Translations under genes and position numbers: made by a program
Part shown: piece after piece, positions 8,872 to 19,339 of the stretch
How positions within the stretch are numbered: the stretch's first letter is position 1
Layout: every line of letters begins with the position of its first letter
Notes under the pieces: generated by a model
Database searches by the model: none
What the model saw: only the letters and a program-made list of their open reading frames with translations
What the model was told of the DNA's origin: nothing
Origin: Armatimonadota bacterium
GTDB lineage: Bacteria; Armatimonadota; SYMT01
Reading direction: 5' to 3'
DNA length: 64,000 nucleotides
Assembly (NCBI GenBank): GCA_041690135.1
Contig: JAWLHY010000001.1
Location: forward strand, 128,001-192,000

Positions 8872-10161
8872 ATGGAAACTCTGCTTTCTCGCCGCGCCCT
8901 CCTGACCACCGCCGCGGCCGCTGCCGCTACCGCCATGCACGCTGACTCCCCGCTCTTTGCCGTAGCCCCCAACGGTCGCCGGAAACGGCTGGCCATCGTC
9001 ACCACGGAGTGGCGGCCGATGAGCCACGCCCATCACATGGGCGACCGCTTCCTGGTCGGGTATCCGCTCGGCGGTCGCTGGCGGTCCCCGGCCCTGGAGG
9101 TTGTGTCGGCTTACGTGGACCAGTTCCCGGAGAAGGATCTCAGTCGGGCTCGTGAGAAGGAGTTCGGCTTCCGCATCTACCCGAGTATTGCCGAAACGCT
9201 CCGGTGTGGGGGTGACCGCCTGGCCGTCGATGCGGTCCTTATCATCGGGGAGCACGGCGACTACCCCTACAACGACCTCGGCCAGCACCTTCTCCCGCGC
9301 TATGAGTTCTTCAAGCAGGTGACGGAGGTCTTCCGTAAGGACGGTCGCGGTGTGCCGGTGTTCAACGACAAGCACCTTTCCTGGAAGTGGGAGTGGGCAA
9401 AGGAGATGTACGATCTCTCCCGTGAGTTGGAATTCCCCTTCCTGGCGGGCTCCTCGCTGCCCGTGACCTGGCGCTTGCCGGTGGTGGACATGCCGTATGG
9501 GGCGGAGGTGGAAGAGGCCCTTTCCGTCGCCTACGGCCGGGTGGACAGCTACGACTTCCATGCCCTGGAGGTGCTGCAGTGCATGCTGGAGCGGCGCCGG
9601 GGCGGGGAGAAGGGCGTGGCGGCCGTCCGGGGCCTGCGGGGTGACGCCGTGTGGAAGGCGATGGAGAGCGGCTCGTGGGGTGGGGGCGGCTGGGATCCCC
9701 GGCTCTTCGAGGCGTGCCTCAGCCGCAGCCACACCCTGGCCCAGGCGGAGGGCTTCAGCCATCGCTATCCCACGCCGGCGCAGATGCGGGAGTGGGTGAA
9801 GGAGCCGGTCGCCTACCGGATCGAATATCGGGACGGCACACGCGCGACCATGTTGCTGATGAACGGGTTGGTGCGGGACTTCACGTTTGCGGTGCGGCTG
9901 AAGGGACGGGAAGAGCCGCTGTCCACGCTCTTCTACCTGCCGCCCAACCCGAACGTGGAATACTCTGCGCACCTGATGTCGAAGGCCGAGGAGCTGTTCC
10001 TCACCGGCAAAGCGCCGTACCCCCTGGAGCGGACGCTGCTCACCTCCGGCATCCTGACGGCCGCGGTGCAGTCGTTGGGGAAGGGGCAGAAGCGGCTGGA
10101 GACGCCCCACCTGGGCATTGCCTACCGCGCCCCGCGGAAGTCGCTCTTCGCCTTGGAATGA
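8872..10161 (+). CDS. Conserved Gfo/Idh/MocA-like oxidoreductase, Tat-like signal
   Basis: Motifs 'SRRALL', 'VDAVLIIGEHGDYP', 'PVFNDKHLS', 'AGSSLP' and 'YDFHALE'. Confidence 0.7.
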   Translation: METLLSRRALLTTAAAAAATAMHADSPLFAVAPNGRRKRLAIVTTEWRPMSHAHHMGDRFLVGYPLGGRWRSPALEVVSAYVDQFPEKDLSRAREKEFGFRIYPSIAETLRCGGDRLAVDAVLIIGEHGDYPYNDLGQHLLPRYEFFKQVTEVFRKDGRGVPVFNDKHLSWKWEWAKEMYDLSRELEFPFLAGSSLPVTWRLPVVDMPYGAEVEEALSVAYGRVDSYDFHALEVLQCMLERRRGGEKGVAAVRGLRGDAVWKAMESGSWGGGGWDPRLFEACLSRSHTLAQAEGFSHRYPTPAQMREWVKEPVAYRIEYRDGTRATMLLMNGLVRDFTFAVRLKGREEPLSTLFYLPPNPNVEYSAHLMSKAEELFLTGKAPYPLERTLLTSGILTAAVQSLGKGQKRLETPHLGIAYRAPRKSLFALE

Positions 10162-10267
10162 GCCTTAGCCTCACGGATGTTCGCAATTCTTCCTGTCGTG
10201 GGCAAACCGGTTGTTTCCCCTTCCCAATCTGTGAGATCCGAGGCTTCCCCTGCGGCAGCCTGCAGGT

Positions 10268-11695
10268 CTAACCGAACAGGGCCGTTACCGGGGTGCCCAG
10301 GGTGAGTGGGTGCGGCCGGTTCTCCACGTCGTAGATTTCCGCCTGGGCGTGGATGCCGAAGGCGTGGTAGATCGTGGCGAGCAGGTCTTCGGGCCTGACG
10401 GGGTTTTCGGTGGGGTAGGCGGCGTGCTCGTCGCTGGCGCCGTAGGCGATCCCGCCCCGGATGCCGCCACCCGCGAGCGCCACCGACTGGCAGGCGCCCC
10501 AGTGGTCGCGCCCACCCGCCTTATTGATCTTGGGTGTGCGCCCAAATTCGCCCATCGCCACGACGAGGGTCTCGTCCAGCAGTCCACGGGCGGAGAGATC
10601 ATCGATGAGGGCGGCGTAGGAGCGGTCGAAGGAGGGCAGGAGGTATTCCGATTTCAGCATCTCGTAGCCGCTGACGGCCCCGAACGCCGCCGTGCCGCCG
10701 TGATTATCCCAGGGGTTGAGGGGGTTGCCATCCGGTCGGAACCACATCCAGTTCACGGTAACGATGCGCACGCCCGCTTCCACCAGGCGCCGGGCCAGCA
10801 GGAACGCTTCGCCGTAGTGGTTGCGCCCGTACCGGTCGCGGGTGGCGGGGGTCTCGAGGTCGAGGTTGAAGGCCCGCTTGGCGCCGGCGGAGGTGAGCAG
10901 GCTGAAGGCACGTTCCCGGTAGGCATCCATCCCGGCCGCGTGCGGGTTGGACTGGAAGTACTCGTCCTGCGTTTCCAGCAGCTCAAGGAGACCGCGCCGT
11001 CGGACCAGTCGCCCCGCGTCGACGCCGGGGGGCAGGCCCATGTCCCAGATGGGGCGGACCTGTTCGAAGCCCTTCGGCATCGGGTTGGGGGCCGCTACCG
11101 GATTCAAGCCGGTATCCGGTAGCTCCACCGGGTCGTATTTCGCGCCGAGCCAGCCGGCGTGGGTGCCGGAATACTTCACCCCGTCGTGCATGATGGGGCG
11201 GGGCAGTGTCACGCTCGAAGGCATGTTCCGGTCCGCCGGCCGCAGGCAGGAAAGGATCGCCGCCGGACCGGGCCAGTTCTGGCGGGTGCGGTTGTTCCGG
11301 GGCACCCGCATGGTCTTGTCCACCTGGCCCGTGAGCATGTGGTAGACGCCGACCTCGTGCTCGTCGCTGCCGTGGGTCACGGAGCGAACCAGGGCCACCC
11401 GGTCCATCACCTTCGCCGACAGGGGCAGGTGGTCCGAGACCTCGATCCCGGGTGCGGAGGACTTGATCGGCTTGAAGGGGCTGCGGATTCCCTCGGGGGC
11501 GTCCGGTTTCAAGTCCCACATGTCCTGCTGCGGTGGCCCGCCCCAGAGGAAGAGGAGGATGCACGACTTCGCCTTCGGATTGCCGGCAATGGGGGTGGCG
11601 GCCATGGCCTGCTCGCCGCGCAGCAGATCCGGAAGGGTCAGTGCCCCAAGCCCAAACTGTCCCAGCCCCATCAGGGCATCGCGTCGGCTGAACAT
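10268..11695 (-). CDS. DUF1501 domain protein
   Basis: Motifs 'LFLWGGPPQQDMWDLKP', 'LLARRLVEAGV', 'WDNH' and 'GEFGRTPKIN...GRDHW'. Confidence 0.9.
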   Translation of the reverse strand: MFSRRDALMGLGQFGLGALTLPDLLRGEQAMAATPIAGNPKAKSCILLFLWGGPPQQDMWDLKPDAPEGIRSPFKPIKSSAPGIEVSDHLPLSAKVMDRVALVRSVTHGSDEHEVGVYHMLTGQVDKTMRVPRNNRTRQNWPGPAAILSCLRPADRNMPSSVTLPRPIMHDGVKYSGTHAGWLGAKYDPVELPDTGLNPVAAPNPMPKGFEQVRPIWDMGLPPGVDAGRLVRRRGLLELLETQDEYFQSNPHAAGMDAYRERAFSLLTSAGAKRAFNLDLETPATRDRYGRNHYGEAFLLARRLVEAGVRIVTVNWMWFRPDGNPLNPWDNHGGTAAFGAVSGYEMLKSEYLLPSFDRSYAALIDDLSARGLLDETLVVAMGEFGRTPKINKAGGRDHWGACQSVALAGGGIRGGIAYGASDEHAAYPTENPVRPEDLLATIYHAFGIHAQAEIYDVENRPHPLTLGTPVTALFG

Positions 11696-11725
11696 CGAAC
11701 CTTGTCCTCTGTGGGTCTTGCCGGT

Positions 11726-11735
11726 TGATATATCA
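11726..11735. promoter_or_regulatory. Palindrome TGATATATCA, putative GntR operator
   Basis: Perfect AT-rich palindrome 30 nt upstream of the DUF1501 start, with an identical copy at 12602. Confidence 0.65.
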
Positions 11736-11800
11736 GGTATAGTCCTGACTCTCTTCGATATTCGAAAGGCCGGAAAGTTGCAGCGGAATCCCTCGATCCC

Positions 11801-12505
11801 TCACTGGGAAGCAGAGGGGTTTTCCCGGGCGCGGGCCAGCAGCGTGCGCGCCTGCTGGCCCGCCTGCAGTACGTGCTTCCGGCACTCCGCTTCGGCCAGG
11901 TCCGCATCCCGGCTCTGGAGAGCCCGGACCAGGGCTTCGTGGACGCCCGGAGTGGGAACCCACGCGCTCACCAACTCCGGGGGCACCATCGATGCGCTGA
12001 TGGTGCGGCAGATCAACCCGAAGTTCTCCACCAATCGCAGCAACTCGACCGACCGTGCCGCGCGTGCGATGTGGTTGTGGAGATTCTCGTCGATCTTCCG
12101 GCAGGCCTCTGCCATACCAGTGTGGGCGCCCTCGTCGTATTGATGGTGGTAGGAGGTCAAGAGCGCGAGATCTTCGGGAGTCGCGCGCTCAGTGAAGAGG
12201 CGGCAGGCAATCCCCTCGTTTGCCGCCCGGAGGAGGTAGATCTCTTCCAATTCCCGGGGCTGCCACTCCCGCACGCGCGTCCCCAGTCCGGGTGCGGTCA
12301 CCACCAGGCGGTCTCCTTCCAGCCGGCGGAGCGCATCGATGACGGGAATGGTGCTCGTTCCCAGCTTCTCGGCGAGATGGCGATGGACCAGGCGCATCCC
12401 CGGTGGGAGATGCCCCCTGGCGATCTGCCCGCGCAAGGTGCGGTAGACCTTTTCATTGGTGGTCAGGGTTTCGGCTGCCAGGCGGTACGGTTCGATTTCG
12501 GACAT
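11801..12505 (-). CDS. GntR family transcriptional regulator (FCD domain)
   Basis: wHTH 'VYRTLRGQIARGHLPPGMRL...LAEKLGTSTIPVIDALRRLEGDRLV' followed by an FCD-type C-terminus. Confidence 0.9.
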   Translation of the reverse strand: MSEIEPYRLAAETLTTNEKVYRTLRGQIARGHLPPGMRLVHRHLAEKLGTSTIPVIDALRRLEGDRLVVTAPGLGTRVREWQPRELEEIYLLRAANEGIACRLFTERATPEDLALLTSYHHQYDEGAHTGMAEACRKIDENLHNHIARAARSVELLRLVENFGLICRTISASMVPPELVSAWVPTPGVHEALVRALQSRDADLAEAECRKHVLQAGQQARTLLARARENPSASQ

Positions 12506-12601
12506 GAGCTCCTCTGCTCATCAGACGGCGCGTGCGCTCGCGCCAGGCTGAACAAAAAAGTTCGACACCCACTATTGGGGAAGGGAAATCGCGTGTATAT
12601 C

Positions 12602-12611
12602 TGATATATCA
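12602..12611. promoter_or_regulatory. Palindrome TGATATATCA, putative GntR operator in the divergent promoter
   Basis: Lies between the GntR and prepilin genes and is identical to 11726-11735. Confidence 0.65.
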
Positions 12612-12668
12612 TAGCAACCCCGAGAAGTTGGGTCCTGTCTCTTTCGGGATGTTCCCCAGGAGGCTACC

Positions 12669-13436
12669 ATGCGCCCCCGATCCGGAGCGGCCTCACGGAG
12701 AGGCTTCACACTGATTGAGCTACTCGTTGTCATCGCGATCATCGCTATCCTGGCGGCGATTCTGTTTCCCGTGTTCGCTCAGGCGCGGGAGAAGGCCCGG
12801 CAGACCTCCTGCCTCGCCAACCACAAGCAGATCGGTATGGCATCGAACCTTTATGCGCAGGACTATGACGAAACCTATTCGCCGCTTTCCACGGTGGTCA
12901 GCGACAACGGTACCCCTCGTTACCCGCTGTGGCCCCGCCTGCTTCAGCCCTATATCAAGAACTCGGAGGTGTTCCGCGAGCCCAGTAACCGCCAGCGGAC
13001 TCCCTACGAGGCGAAGGACCACCCCGGCAGTTGGGTGACCACGGTGCAGCAATACTGGTACGAGGGGATCTTCGGCGCCATGGGCCGAAACGCGTGCCTC
13101 CCCGACCAGGGGATCTCCCTGGCGGCCATCGCGGAGCCGGCCAGTACGGTGGAGTTCGCGGATGCCCGCCTCCAGTACCCTTCGCCGAATTCTCTCGATC
13201 TCTACGGCTACTACCTGGTGTGGTGGCGAGGTACCTTCCAGAACGAGCCGCTCTGCCCCAGTACCCAGGCCGGCGTGGGCAATTACGCGCCGCCGGCGTA
13301 CTGGCACAGCGGGGGAGGGAATCTCACCTTTTTCGACGGCCACGTGAAGTGGATGAAAGAACAAGCAATTCGCAATCCGCCTGCCCAGTACTCGGGGGCT
13401 AACCTCCGGCAATGGCGGCTGTGGTTCGCAAACTAG
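12669..13436 (+). CDS. Prepilin-type N-terminal cleavage/methylation + DUF1559/H-X9-DG protein
   Basis: '[35 protein letters not shown]' and C-terminal '[16 protein letters not shown]'; AGGAGG RBS. Confidence 0.9.
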   Translation: MRPRSGAASRRGFTLIELLVVIAIIAILAAILFPVFAQAREKARQTSCLANHKQIGMASNLYAQDYDETYSPLSTVVSDNGTPRYPLWPRLLQPYIKNSEVFREPSNRQRTPYEAKDHPGSWVTTVQQYWYEGIFGAMGRNACLPDQGISLAAIAEPASTVEFADARLQYPSPNSLDLYGYYLVWWRGTFQNEPLCPSTQAGVGNYAPPAYWHSGGGNLTFFDGHVKWMKEQAIRNPPAQYSGANLRQWRLWFAN

Positions 13437-14584
13437 GCACCCGGCCGGCGTGCTGCCCGCCGACGGCGAGGCACCCAGTAGCGGTTCCACCACATCAGGC
13501 AGCCGGTAACGAAGAGGAAGGCAGGGGTGAGGCCGGCGAGGGCGTAGAGCACCCGGACCGGCCACCCGCCGATGGACCCGGCGTGGAGGGGGAAGCGGAG
13601 GTTGAGCAGTTGGGGTCCCAGGGTGGCCTGAAGAGCGTTCTCCTGATACAGCACCTCGCCTGAGTACGGGTCCAGGTGGATGAAACTCATCCCGTTCGGA
13701 TGGAGGTCGCCGGGCAGCCGTTTCCGGACCACCGCTGCGGCCGTGGGTTTGGCCGCCGGCACGATCCGGGTGACCACGCCTCCCGGGAGGGCCGCTTCCG
13801 CGCGAGTCAGCAGCAGGTCGAGAGAAAGCGGCTCGGCGCCGGACCGCGGAGATACGGAGACCTTGGGCCGGGGCGGCGTACCGGTAAGCCGGTAGGTCCA
13901 GTCGGTCACCTCGGCTCCCCATACCAGGGCCGCGCCGGTCAGGGCGATCAGGGTGAGCAGGAAGACGGCGATGATGCCGGAGACCCGGTGCAGGTCAAAA
14001 TTCACCCGCTTCCAACTCGCCCGCCACTGGACGGTGAAACCCTGCCGGACTCCCTTCTTGCCCGGCCACCAGAGCACGATCCCCGTGACCCCGAGCAGGA
14101 TCAGCAGCAGTCCACCCACGCCGACAACCTTCTCGCCGGTCTCGCCCGACAGGAGCTCCGTATGCAGGGAGAAGAGAAAGCCGATGGGGTGGTCGGTCGC
14201 GGTGCGCTGCCCCAGCGTGTTTCCCGTGAACGGGTCCAGGAAGAGCCGTCGCCCTCCCTTGAGGCGGACGTCGTAGACCTCTCCGGCTTCCTGGGGTGGG
14301 AGCAGGTAGCTCACGCCCGCTTCCGGATGGTTCTTGCGGACCGCATCGAGGATCGCCTGGGGCGGCAGCGGGGTGGCGGTGGCCCCAGGCGGGCGGGCGT
14401 GCAGCAGTTTCGGGTAAAGCAGCGCGTCCAGCTCATGGCTGAACACCAGCACGCTGCCGGTAATCCCGGTGAGGGAGAGCAGCAGGCCCACCAGCAGGCC
14501 CGTGTAGAGATGGACGTGGAAAAGGAAGCGACGCAACTTCACCGGGAGATCCCCGCTGGTGCGCCGGGGCATTTCCCGGCGCAC
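13433..14584 (-). CDS. PepSY-associated TM helix protein (iron-regulated membrane protein family)
   Basis: Motifs 'HLYTGL', 'TGSVLVF', 'LHTELL', 'TGIVLWWP', 'DLHRVSG' and 'PLHAG'. The start may lie slightly downstream. Confidence 0.85.
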   Translation of the reverse strand: MRREMPRRTSGDLPVKLRRFLFHVHLYTGLLVGLLLSLTGITGSVLVFSHELDALLYPKLLHARPPGATATPLPPQAILDAVRKNHPEAGVSYLLPPQEAGEVYDVRLKGGRRLFLDPFTGNTLGQRTATDHPIGFLFSLHTELLSGETGEKVVGVGGLLLILLGVTGIVLWWPGKKGVRQGFTVQWRASWKRVNFDLHRVSGIIAVFLLTLIALTGAALVWGAEVTDWTYRLTGTPPRPKVSVSPRSGAEPLSLDLLLTRAEAALPGGVVTRIVPAAKPTAAAVVRKRLPGDLHPNGMSFIHLDPYSGEVLYQENALQATLGPQLLNLRFPLHAGSIGGWPVRVLYALAGLTPAFLFVTGCLMWWNRYWVPRRRRAARRPGA

Positions 14585-14594
14585 CCTACGAATA

Positions 14595-15383
14595 TCAGCG
14601 GGCGTTGGCTTCAGCCTGGTCCAGCAGGTACCGGCCGTTGCTGGAGATCGGCGAGTTGTCGCGGTACCAGAGGTTGATGGGGGCGTAGGTCTGCGAGGGC
14701 CGGTACGCCTTTACGTGACCGTCCGCGAACAGGTAGTTGCTGGTGCCGTTGTGTCCGGTGAAGAGCGTGTTCTCGTAGTAGGTGTACGTCCGGCCGGCGG
14801 CGCTGTCCGTCCAGCTACCCCCTACGTAATCGACCACGAAGTTCACGAACGGCACGTTGAACATCTCCATCACGGCGATCGTCTGGGCGGGGGAGTCGAC
14901 CATTGCCATGTGCACTCCGGTGGAGAGCTGGTTGCCGAAGATCCCCTTGCCGATGTCCGCCAGGGGATTGGCCGCCGTGTTGCTGTTGCCGCCCCAGTTG
15001 AAGTTGCAGCCGTAGGAAATCCCGAAGGCGGTCGGCGCGTCATTATCCCGGCAGAGAGAGTTCTTGTGCGGGTTGGAGGGGCAGACGACGATCTGCGTGT
15101 TCTTCATGTAGGGGTGGATCAGCGTCCGCCAGGAAAGGGTGTCCGTCCCGCTCGGGTTGGCCGCGTCCGGCATGCGGCGGTTGGGGTAGGTGTCGTCGTA
15201 GTCACCGACATACATCATGAGTGCGTTGCCGATCTGCTTGAGATTGCTGGCGCACTGGATCTTCCGCGCCGCCTCCCGCGCCTTCGCGAAGACGGGGAAG
15301 AGGATCGCGGCCAAGATCGCGATAATGGCGATCACGACGAGCAATTCGATGAGGGTGAAACCCCGGAGACGAGAGGAACGCAT
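14595..15383 (-). CDS. Prepilin-type DUF1559/H-X9-DG protein
   Basis: '[34 protein letters not shown]' and '[15 protein letters not shown]'. Confidence 0.9.
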   Translation of the reverse strand: MRSSRLRGFTLIELLVVIAIIAILAAILFPVFAKAREAARKIQCASNLKQIGNALMMYVGDYDDTYPNRRMPDAANPSGTDTLSWRTLIHPYMKNTQIVVCPSNPHKNSLCRDNDAPTAFGISYGCNFNWGGNSNTAANPLADIGKGIFGNQLSTGVHMAMVDSPAQTIAVMEMFNVPFVNFVVDYVGGSWTDSAAGRTYTYYENTLFTGHNGTSNYLFADGHVKAYRPSQTYAPINLWYRDNSPISSNGRYLLDQAEANAR

Positions 15384-15471
15384 GTCTGTCTACCTGTTTG
15401 CAATTTGATGGCCTGACGGCCAAAGAGGTATAGCATGCTGGAAATCAAACCGGCAAGTTGCCCTTCGATTG

Positions 15472-15493
15472 AGAATTAGGGCAGGCTAATTCT
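15472..15493. promoter_or_regulatory. Inverted repeat resembling a DtxR/IdeR-type box
   Basis: AGAATTAG-GGCAGG-CTAATTCT, with core TTAGGGCAGGCTAA, upstream of the prepilin-PepSY pair. Confidence 0.4.
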
Positions 15494-15532
15494 GGCGGAC
15501 AGACGAGCCCGTTCTTCTCACGGAGTTGAACT

Positions 15533-16528
15533 TCAATCCGACAGCGTCAGGTCGCAAATGACCAGGCGGTGATCGGAGTGGCGGGTTCGGCGTGCGACCG
15601 CCGCCCGGGTTTGCAGGGGGCGGCTGATCCAGACCTGGTCCACCCGGGAAACGGGGAGGTCGTTGAGGCCTGTGTTTCCCCAGCCGGAGCCGGCCTCCGC
15701 AAACGTGTCACGCAGCCGGGGCGGCAGTTCCCAGTAGATCCCATCCCCGGCCGGGGCGTTGAAGTCGCCGCCGACCACCACCGGCACTTCCGGCGGAACC
15801 GTCGCCAGGTACGCGGCTACTTCCCGCATCTGCTGCCGGCGCGCCTTCCGGTTCGCCGTCTGTTCCCGCCAGCAGTCCGGCGACCAGAGGTCCAGCCGGA
15901 CGACGGGCGGTGTGAGACGCAGGCTGATCACCTCGAGTGCCTGTCCGCTTGGAAGTGCCAGGCGAGCCGCGACGAAGTACCCGTGGGACCGCGGGGGAAG
16001 CGAAGCGGTGAGCGGTCCCCGCGCCAGCACGGCAGTGTCGTAGCCGGTGACTGCGGATCCTTCGATTCCGTACAGCCTGCGCGCCAGTGCCTCCACGTCC
16101 CTCTCCGCCGGCACCTCCTGGAGCAGCACCAGGTCCGGGTTCCAGGCGGCGACCTCCGCCGCGGCTTCCGGGCTCCCGCCGGCGCAGTTGAGAGAGACGA
16201 CGCGGAACGTAACGTCGCCTGCGACCCGCGCAGGCTCCACGTCTCGGACGCGGATGAGGCTGCGGGGCTCCTCGGCAAACAGCAGCAGGAAGCCCAGCCA
16301 CGCCACGGCGCTGATGCGAGCCAGCCGGGGCCGCGAGCGCAGCGGCACTGCCAGTAGCCATCCCGGAACGACCCACAACCACGCCGGAAAGAGGGTCACT
16401 GCCGCGCAGGCATCCGGTCGCAGGGCATAGCAGAGCGCCAGTCCGATCCACAGCAGGAGGTGGAGACCGCCCAGGATTCGGATGGCCGGCGGGAGCGGAC
16501 GGGTGGTTTTGGGCGCAGTAGGGGTCAT
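15533..16528 (-). CDS. Endonuclease/exonuclease/phosphatase family membrane protein
   Basis: N-terminal TM helices plus 'PDLVLLQE', 'GGDFN', 'RVDQVW' and 'SDHR'. Confidence 0.85.
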   Translation of the reverse strand: MTPTAPKTTRPLPPAIRILGGLHLLLWIGLALCYALRPDACAAVTLFPAWLWVVPGWLLAVPLRSRPRLARISAVAWLGFLLLFAEEPRSLIRVRDVEPARVAGDVTFRVVSLNCAGGSPEAAAEVAAWNPDLVLLQEVPAERDVEALARRLYGIEGSAVTGYDTAVLARGPLTASLPPRSHGYFVAARLALPSGQALEVISLRLTPPVVRLDLWSPDCWREQTANRKARRQQMREVAAYLATVPPEVPVVVGGDFNAPAGDGIYWELPPRLRDTFAEAGSGWGNTGLNDLPVSRVDQVWISRPLQTRAAVARRTRHSDHRLVICDLTLSD

Positions 16529-16583
16529 GTCCTCAGGAATGCGCGGACGGACCTGATTGGAGGGGAGAGGGGAGGATGGATGG

Positions 16584-17897
16584 TCAAGGCGGAGGGTGGT
16601 GGGGGGAGGGATGAGCAGTCCTCTCTGCGACGCTGGCCCATCGTTGCTCCAGGAAGCGGCGCTCCGGCTCGGTGCAGGAGCACGCGAGCGCCAGCCGGTA
16701 AGCAGTGGCCGCTTCGGAGGTTCGGCCGAGGCTGCGGAGAAAGTCCGCCTCCACGGCCGGCAGCCACCGGTAGTTCTTCAATGCAGGATCTGTCTTCAGG
16801 GTCTCAACGGCCCGCAGACCCGCCTCCGGCCCCTTGACCATGCCGACGGCGATCGCCCGGTTGAGGGCCACCACGGGAGAGGGTGCCAGGGCCTGAAGAC
16901 CGTCGTAGAGGGTGAGCAAATAGGGCCAGTCCGTCTCGGCAAAACTGGCGCTGGTGGCGTGAACGGCGGCGATCCCCGCCTGGAGGTGGTACTCGCTGAC
17001 TTCCGTGCCCTCGGCAGACCGTTCGAGCGCCTGCAGGCCCCGCTGCAGCAGGTTCCGGTCCCACTGGCTTCGGTCCTGTTCTTCCAGCAGGAGCAGGTTG
17101 CCGTCGCCGTCCACGCGCGTGGCAAACCGGGCGGCCAGAAAGTAGAACTGCGCCAGCAGGGCGTGGACGCGCGGCGAGGCGGCGGCGGGGTGGGTGGCCA
17201 GCCATTCCGCCAGCCGGATCGCCTCCGCGCACAGGTCTTCGCGGACGAGGTTTTCCCCCACATGCGCGGAGTAGCCCTCGTTGAACAGGAGATACAGGAC
17301 CTGCAGGACGGAGCCGACGCGCTCCGTGGGGAACCCATCCTCCGGTAGGGCGAGCGCGATGCCGGCTTCCCGCAGGCGCCGCTTGGCCCGCACCAGGCGC
17401 TGGGCGATCGTGGCAGGTTCGGCCAGGAAGGCGCGGGCGATCTCCGGTACGCTGAGGCAACTCACCACCTTCAGGGTGAGCGCCACCCGCGCTTCCGGCG
17501 CGAGGGACGGGTGGCAGCAGGCGAAGATCATGGCGAGCTGGTCGTCCCGGAAAACGCCGGTGTTCCACGCCTCGGCCGGGTCCGGTGCCGGCGGCAACTC
17601 CAGCAATTGTGCCTGGAGCTGCTGCTCGATCCGGCGGAGCGAGGCCCGGCGCCGGAGAGCATCCAGCGCCTTGTTGCGCGCGACCTGGACCAGCCATGCG
17701 CGAGGGTTCGCGGGGATGCCACTGAACGGCCACTGCCGGAGTGCCTGTAGCAGTGCCTCTTGCACCACGTCCTCGACCAGGTCCAGGTGCTCCCACCCAA
17801 AGATACGGGTGAGGGTGGCGAGCATCTGCCCCGCCTGGTGGCGGAACAGATGCTCGACTTCCAGATGCACCTGGGCCGGCGGCCCCGGTTCCATCAC
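16584..17897 (-). CDS. ECF sigma factor with TPR-like C-terminal extension (ECF42-like)
   Basis: Motifs 'EDVVQEALLQALRQWP', 'DDQLAMIFACCHP', 'QRLVRAKR', 'LYLLFNEGY' and 'VVALNRAIAV'. Confidence 0.9.
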   Translation of the reverse strand: MMEPGPPAQVHLEVEHLFRHQAGQMLATLTRIFGWEHLDLVEDVVQEALLQALRQWPFSGIPANPRAWLVQVARNKALDALRRRASLRRIEQQLQAQLLELPPAPDPAEAWNTGVFRDDQLAMIFACCHPSLAPEARVALTLKVVSCLSVPEIARAFLAEPATIAQRLVRAKRRLREAGIALALPEDGFPTERVGSVLQVLYLLFNEGYSAHVGENLVREDLCAEAIRLAEWLATHPAAASPRVHALLAQFYFLAARFATRVDGDGNLLLLEEQDRSQWDRNLLQRGLQALERSAEGTEVSEYHLQAGIAAVHATSASFAETDWPYLLTLYDGLQALAPSPVVALNRAIAVGMVKGPEAGLRAVETLKTDPALKNYRWLPAVEADFLRSLGRTSEAATAYRLALACSCTEPERRFLEQRWASVAERTAHPSPHHPPP

Positions 17898-18256
17898 TCG
17901 CCTCCGCAGCCCATGGGGTCCGCCTGTCGGACGATGATGGTGCCGAGCTGCAGGAAGGGGCTGTTCCGGGCGATCTCCACGGCTTCTTCGTAATCCGCGG
18001 CGCGAAGGGTGAAGTAGCCGCCGATGATCTCCTTCGCCTCACTGTAGGGACCATCGACCACCATGGGCTTCCCGTCTTGCAGGGTCACGATCTTTCCGCC
18101 TTCTTCCATCAGCTTGTCGCTGACCACGTAGCGACCGGTGGACTTCAACTCCTCCAGCCAGGAGCGGAGCTTTCCAAGGGAGCGCTGCATGTCCTCCGGC
18201 GACAGGTCCGCCGGCGGATGGGGCGCGGAATGCAGGAGCAACATGAATCTGGGCAT
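17894..18256 (-). CDS. YCII-related (DGPF-type) protein
   Basis: 'VVDGPYSEAKEIIGGYF', immediately upstream of the ECF42-like sigma factor as usual for this pair. Confidence 0.85.
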   Translation of the reverse strand: MPRFMLLLHSAPHPPADLSPEDMQRSLGKLRSWLEELKSTGRYVVSDKLMEEGGKIVTLQDGKPMVVDGPYSEAKEIIGGYFTLRAADYEEAVEIARNSPFLQLGTIIVRQADPMGCGGE

Positions 18257-18297
18257 GGGGTCTCTCTTCGTGTGAATGTAGGGGACGTGGGGAAGCG

Positions 18298-18822
18298 TTA
18301 CTTCTTGCGGACAAGGTCTATGTCGGTGGTGTGGCACGGCTTGCCCGCCTTGTTGGCGGTCCACACAGCCTTGAACCGGTTCGGCCCCAGGATCTGGAAG
18401 GTCGCCTCGGCCATGTGCATCTCCTCCTGCGACCCCAGGTTCGTGCCGTCGACGAACTTGAAGGCGATCTTCGCCGGGTCCGCTCCCGGCACCGCGCGCA
18501 TCCGGGGCTGGTTTCCCAGGGAGCAGTAGTGGGTGAGCATCAGGCTCGCCCCGTCGAGGTGATAGAGGGTCACCATCTCGTGGTCGGTGCCCGGGAACAG
18601 CGTCTCCTGGATCACGGTGCCCCCGGCGGTGACTCGGATAGACGAGGCGAGGGTCTCGCCCGGTTTGCCGTCCGGACCCATCTGCACCCAGTCCCCCGCC
18701 AGTTTCTTGAGCGCCTCGAACCGGGCGGCGCCGGCGGACGAAGCGGGCTCGGCGGCCCCGGCCAGGGTGGGGAGGGCCAGCGCGAGGCCCAGGAGCAGGG
18801 TGGATAGCGTGCGGAACTTCAT
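18298..18822 (-). CDS. Secreted hypothetical protein
   Basis: Signal peptide 'MKFRTLSTLLLGLALALPTLAGA', motif 'EMVTLYH...THYCSLGNQPRM', GAGGAG RBS. Confidence 0.75.
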   Translation of the reverse strand: MKFRTLSTLLLGLALALPTLAGAAEPASSAGAARFEALKKLAGDWVQMGPDGKPGETLASSIRVTAGGTVIQETLFPGTDHEMVTLYHLDGASLMLTHYCSLGNQPRMRAVPGADPAKIAFKFVDGTNLGSQEEMHMAEATFQILGPNRFKAVWTANKAGKPCHTTDIDLVRKK

Positions 18823-19339
18823 GGTACGTCTCCTCTTGCGATCAGCAGGATCGGCGCCTCGTGCGGGCCGATCGTCCAGTAGACGAACACCCCTCCACAA
18901 AATCGACAGCCCGTCGGAAAGTTTTTCCGGAGCCCCCGGTTGGTGGGATGCCAGGCGCCGCAAAGGCAGAAGTTGACCCAGGAATGGGAGAACGAGAACG
19001 ACTAGGCGTTGGCCCATCACACCCACTCATTCGAAGTGTGGCTCAATAACAAACCGGAACCCGGCACCGCCCGCCAAATCTCGCCGCGAGCGATCCTGGA
19101 AGCGGTCAGGCTAGGCGAAGAGGCAGTTGAGATCCTGGCCGAGGCGCGGTCCTACCGGGAGTTTGACTCCGCACTGAGCCACACGTAGAACTTTCACCGG
19201 AGTTGCTAGCACGGATTCGGGAAGGCGCGGGCATAAGCCCCTTCATACCGGAAGAATGCCAGGAAATACTGCGTGATCAGGGCCTGGTTGACTAAGCCGG
19301 CATTTGACGCCAGCGACCCGAGAAACTAGCTCGCCGGGG

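Noticed and set aside
8707-10110. N-terminal extension of the 824-aa ORF 7636-10110
   Set aside because: It is antisense to the oxidoreductase gene 8872-10161; the Rpn-like sequence begins at ATG 8706.
19050-19190. Short protein-like frame (ISPRAILEAVRLGEEAVEILAEARSYREFDSALSHT*)
   Set aside because: It has no start or RBS and is too short to assign; possibly a gene remnant.
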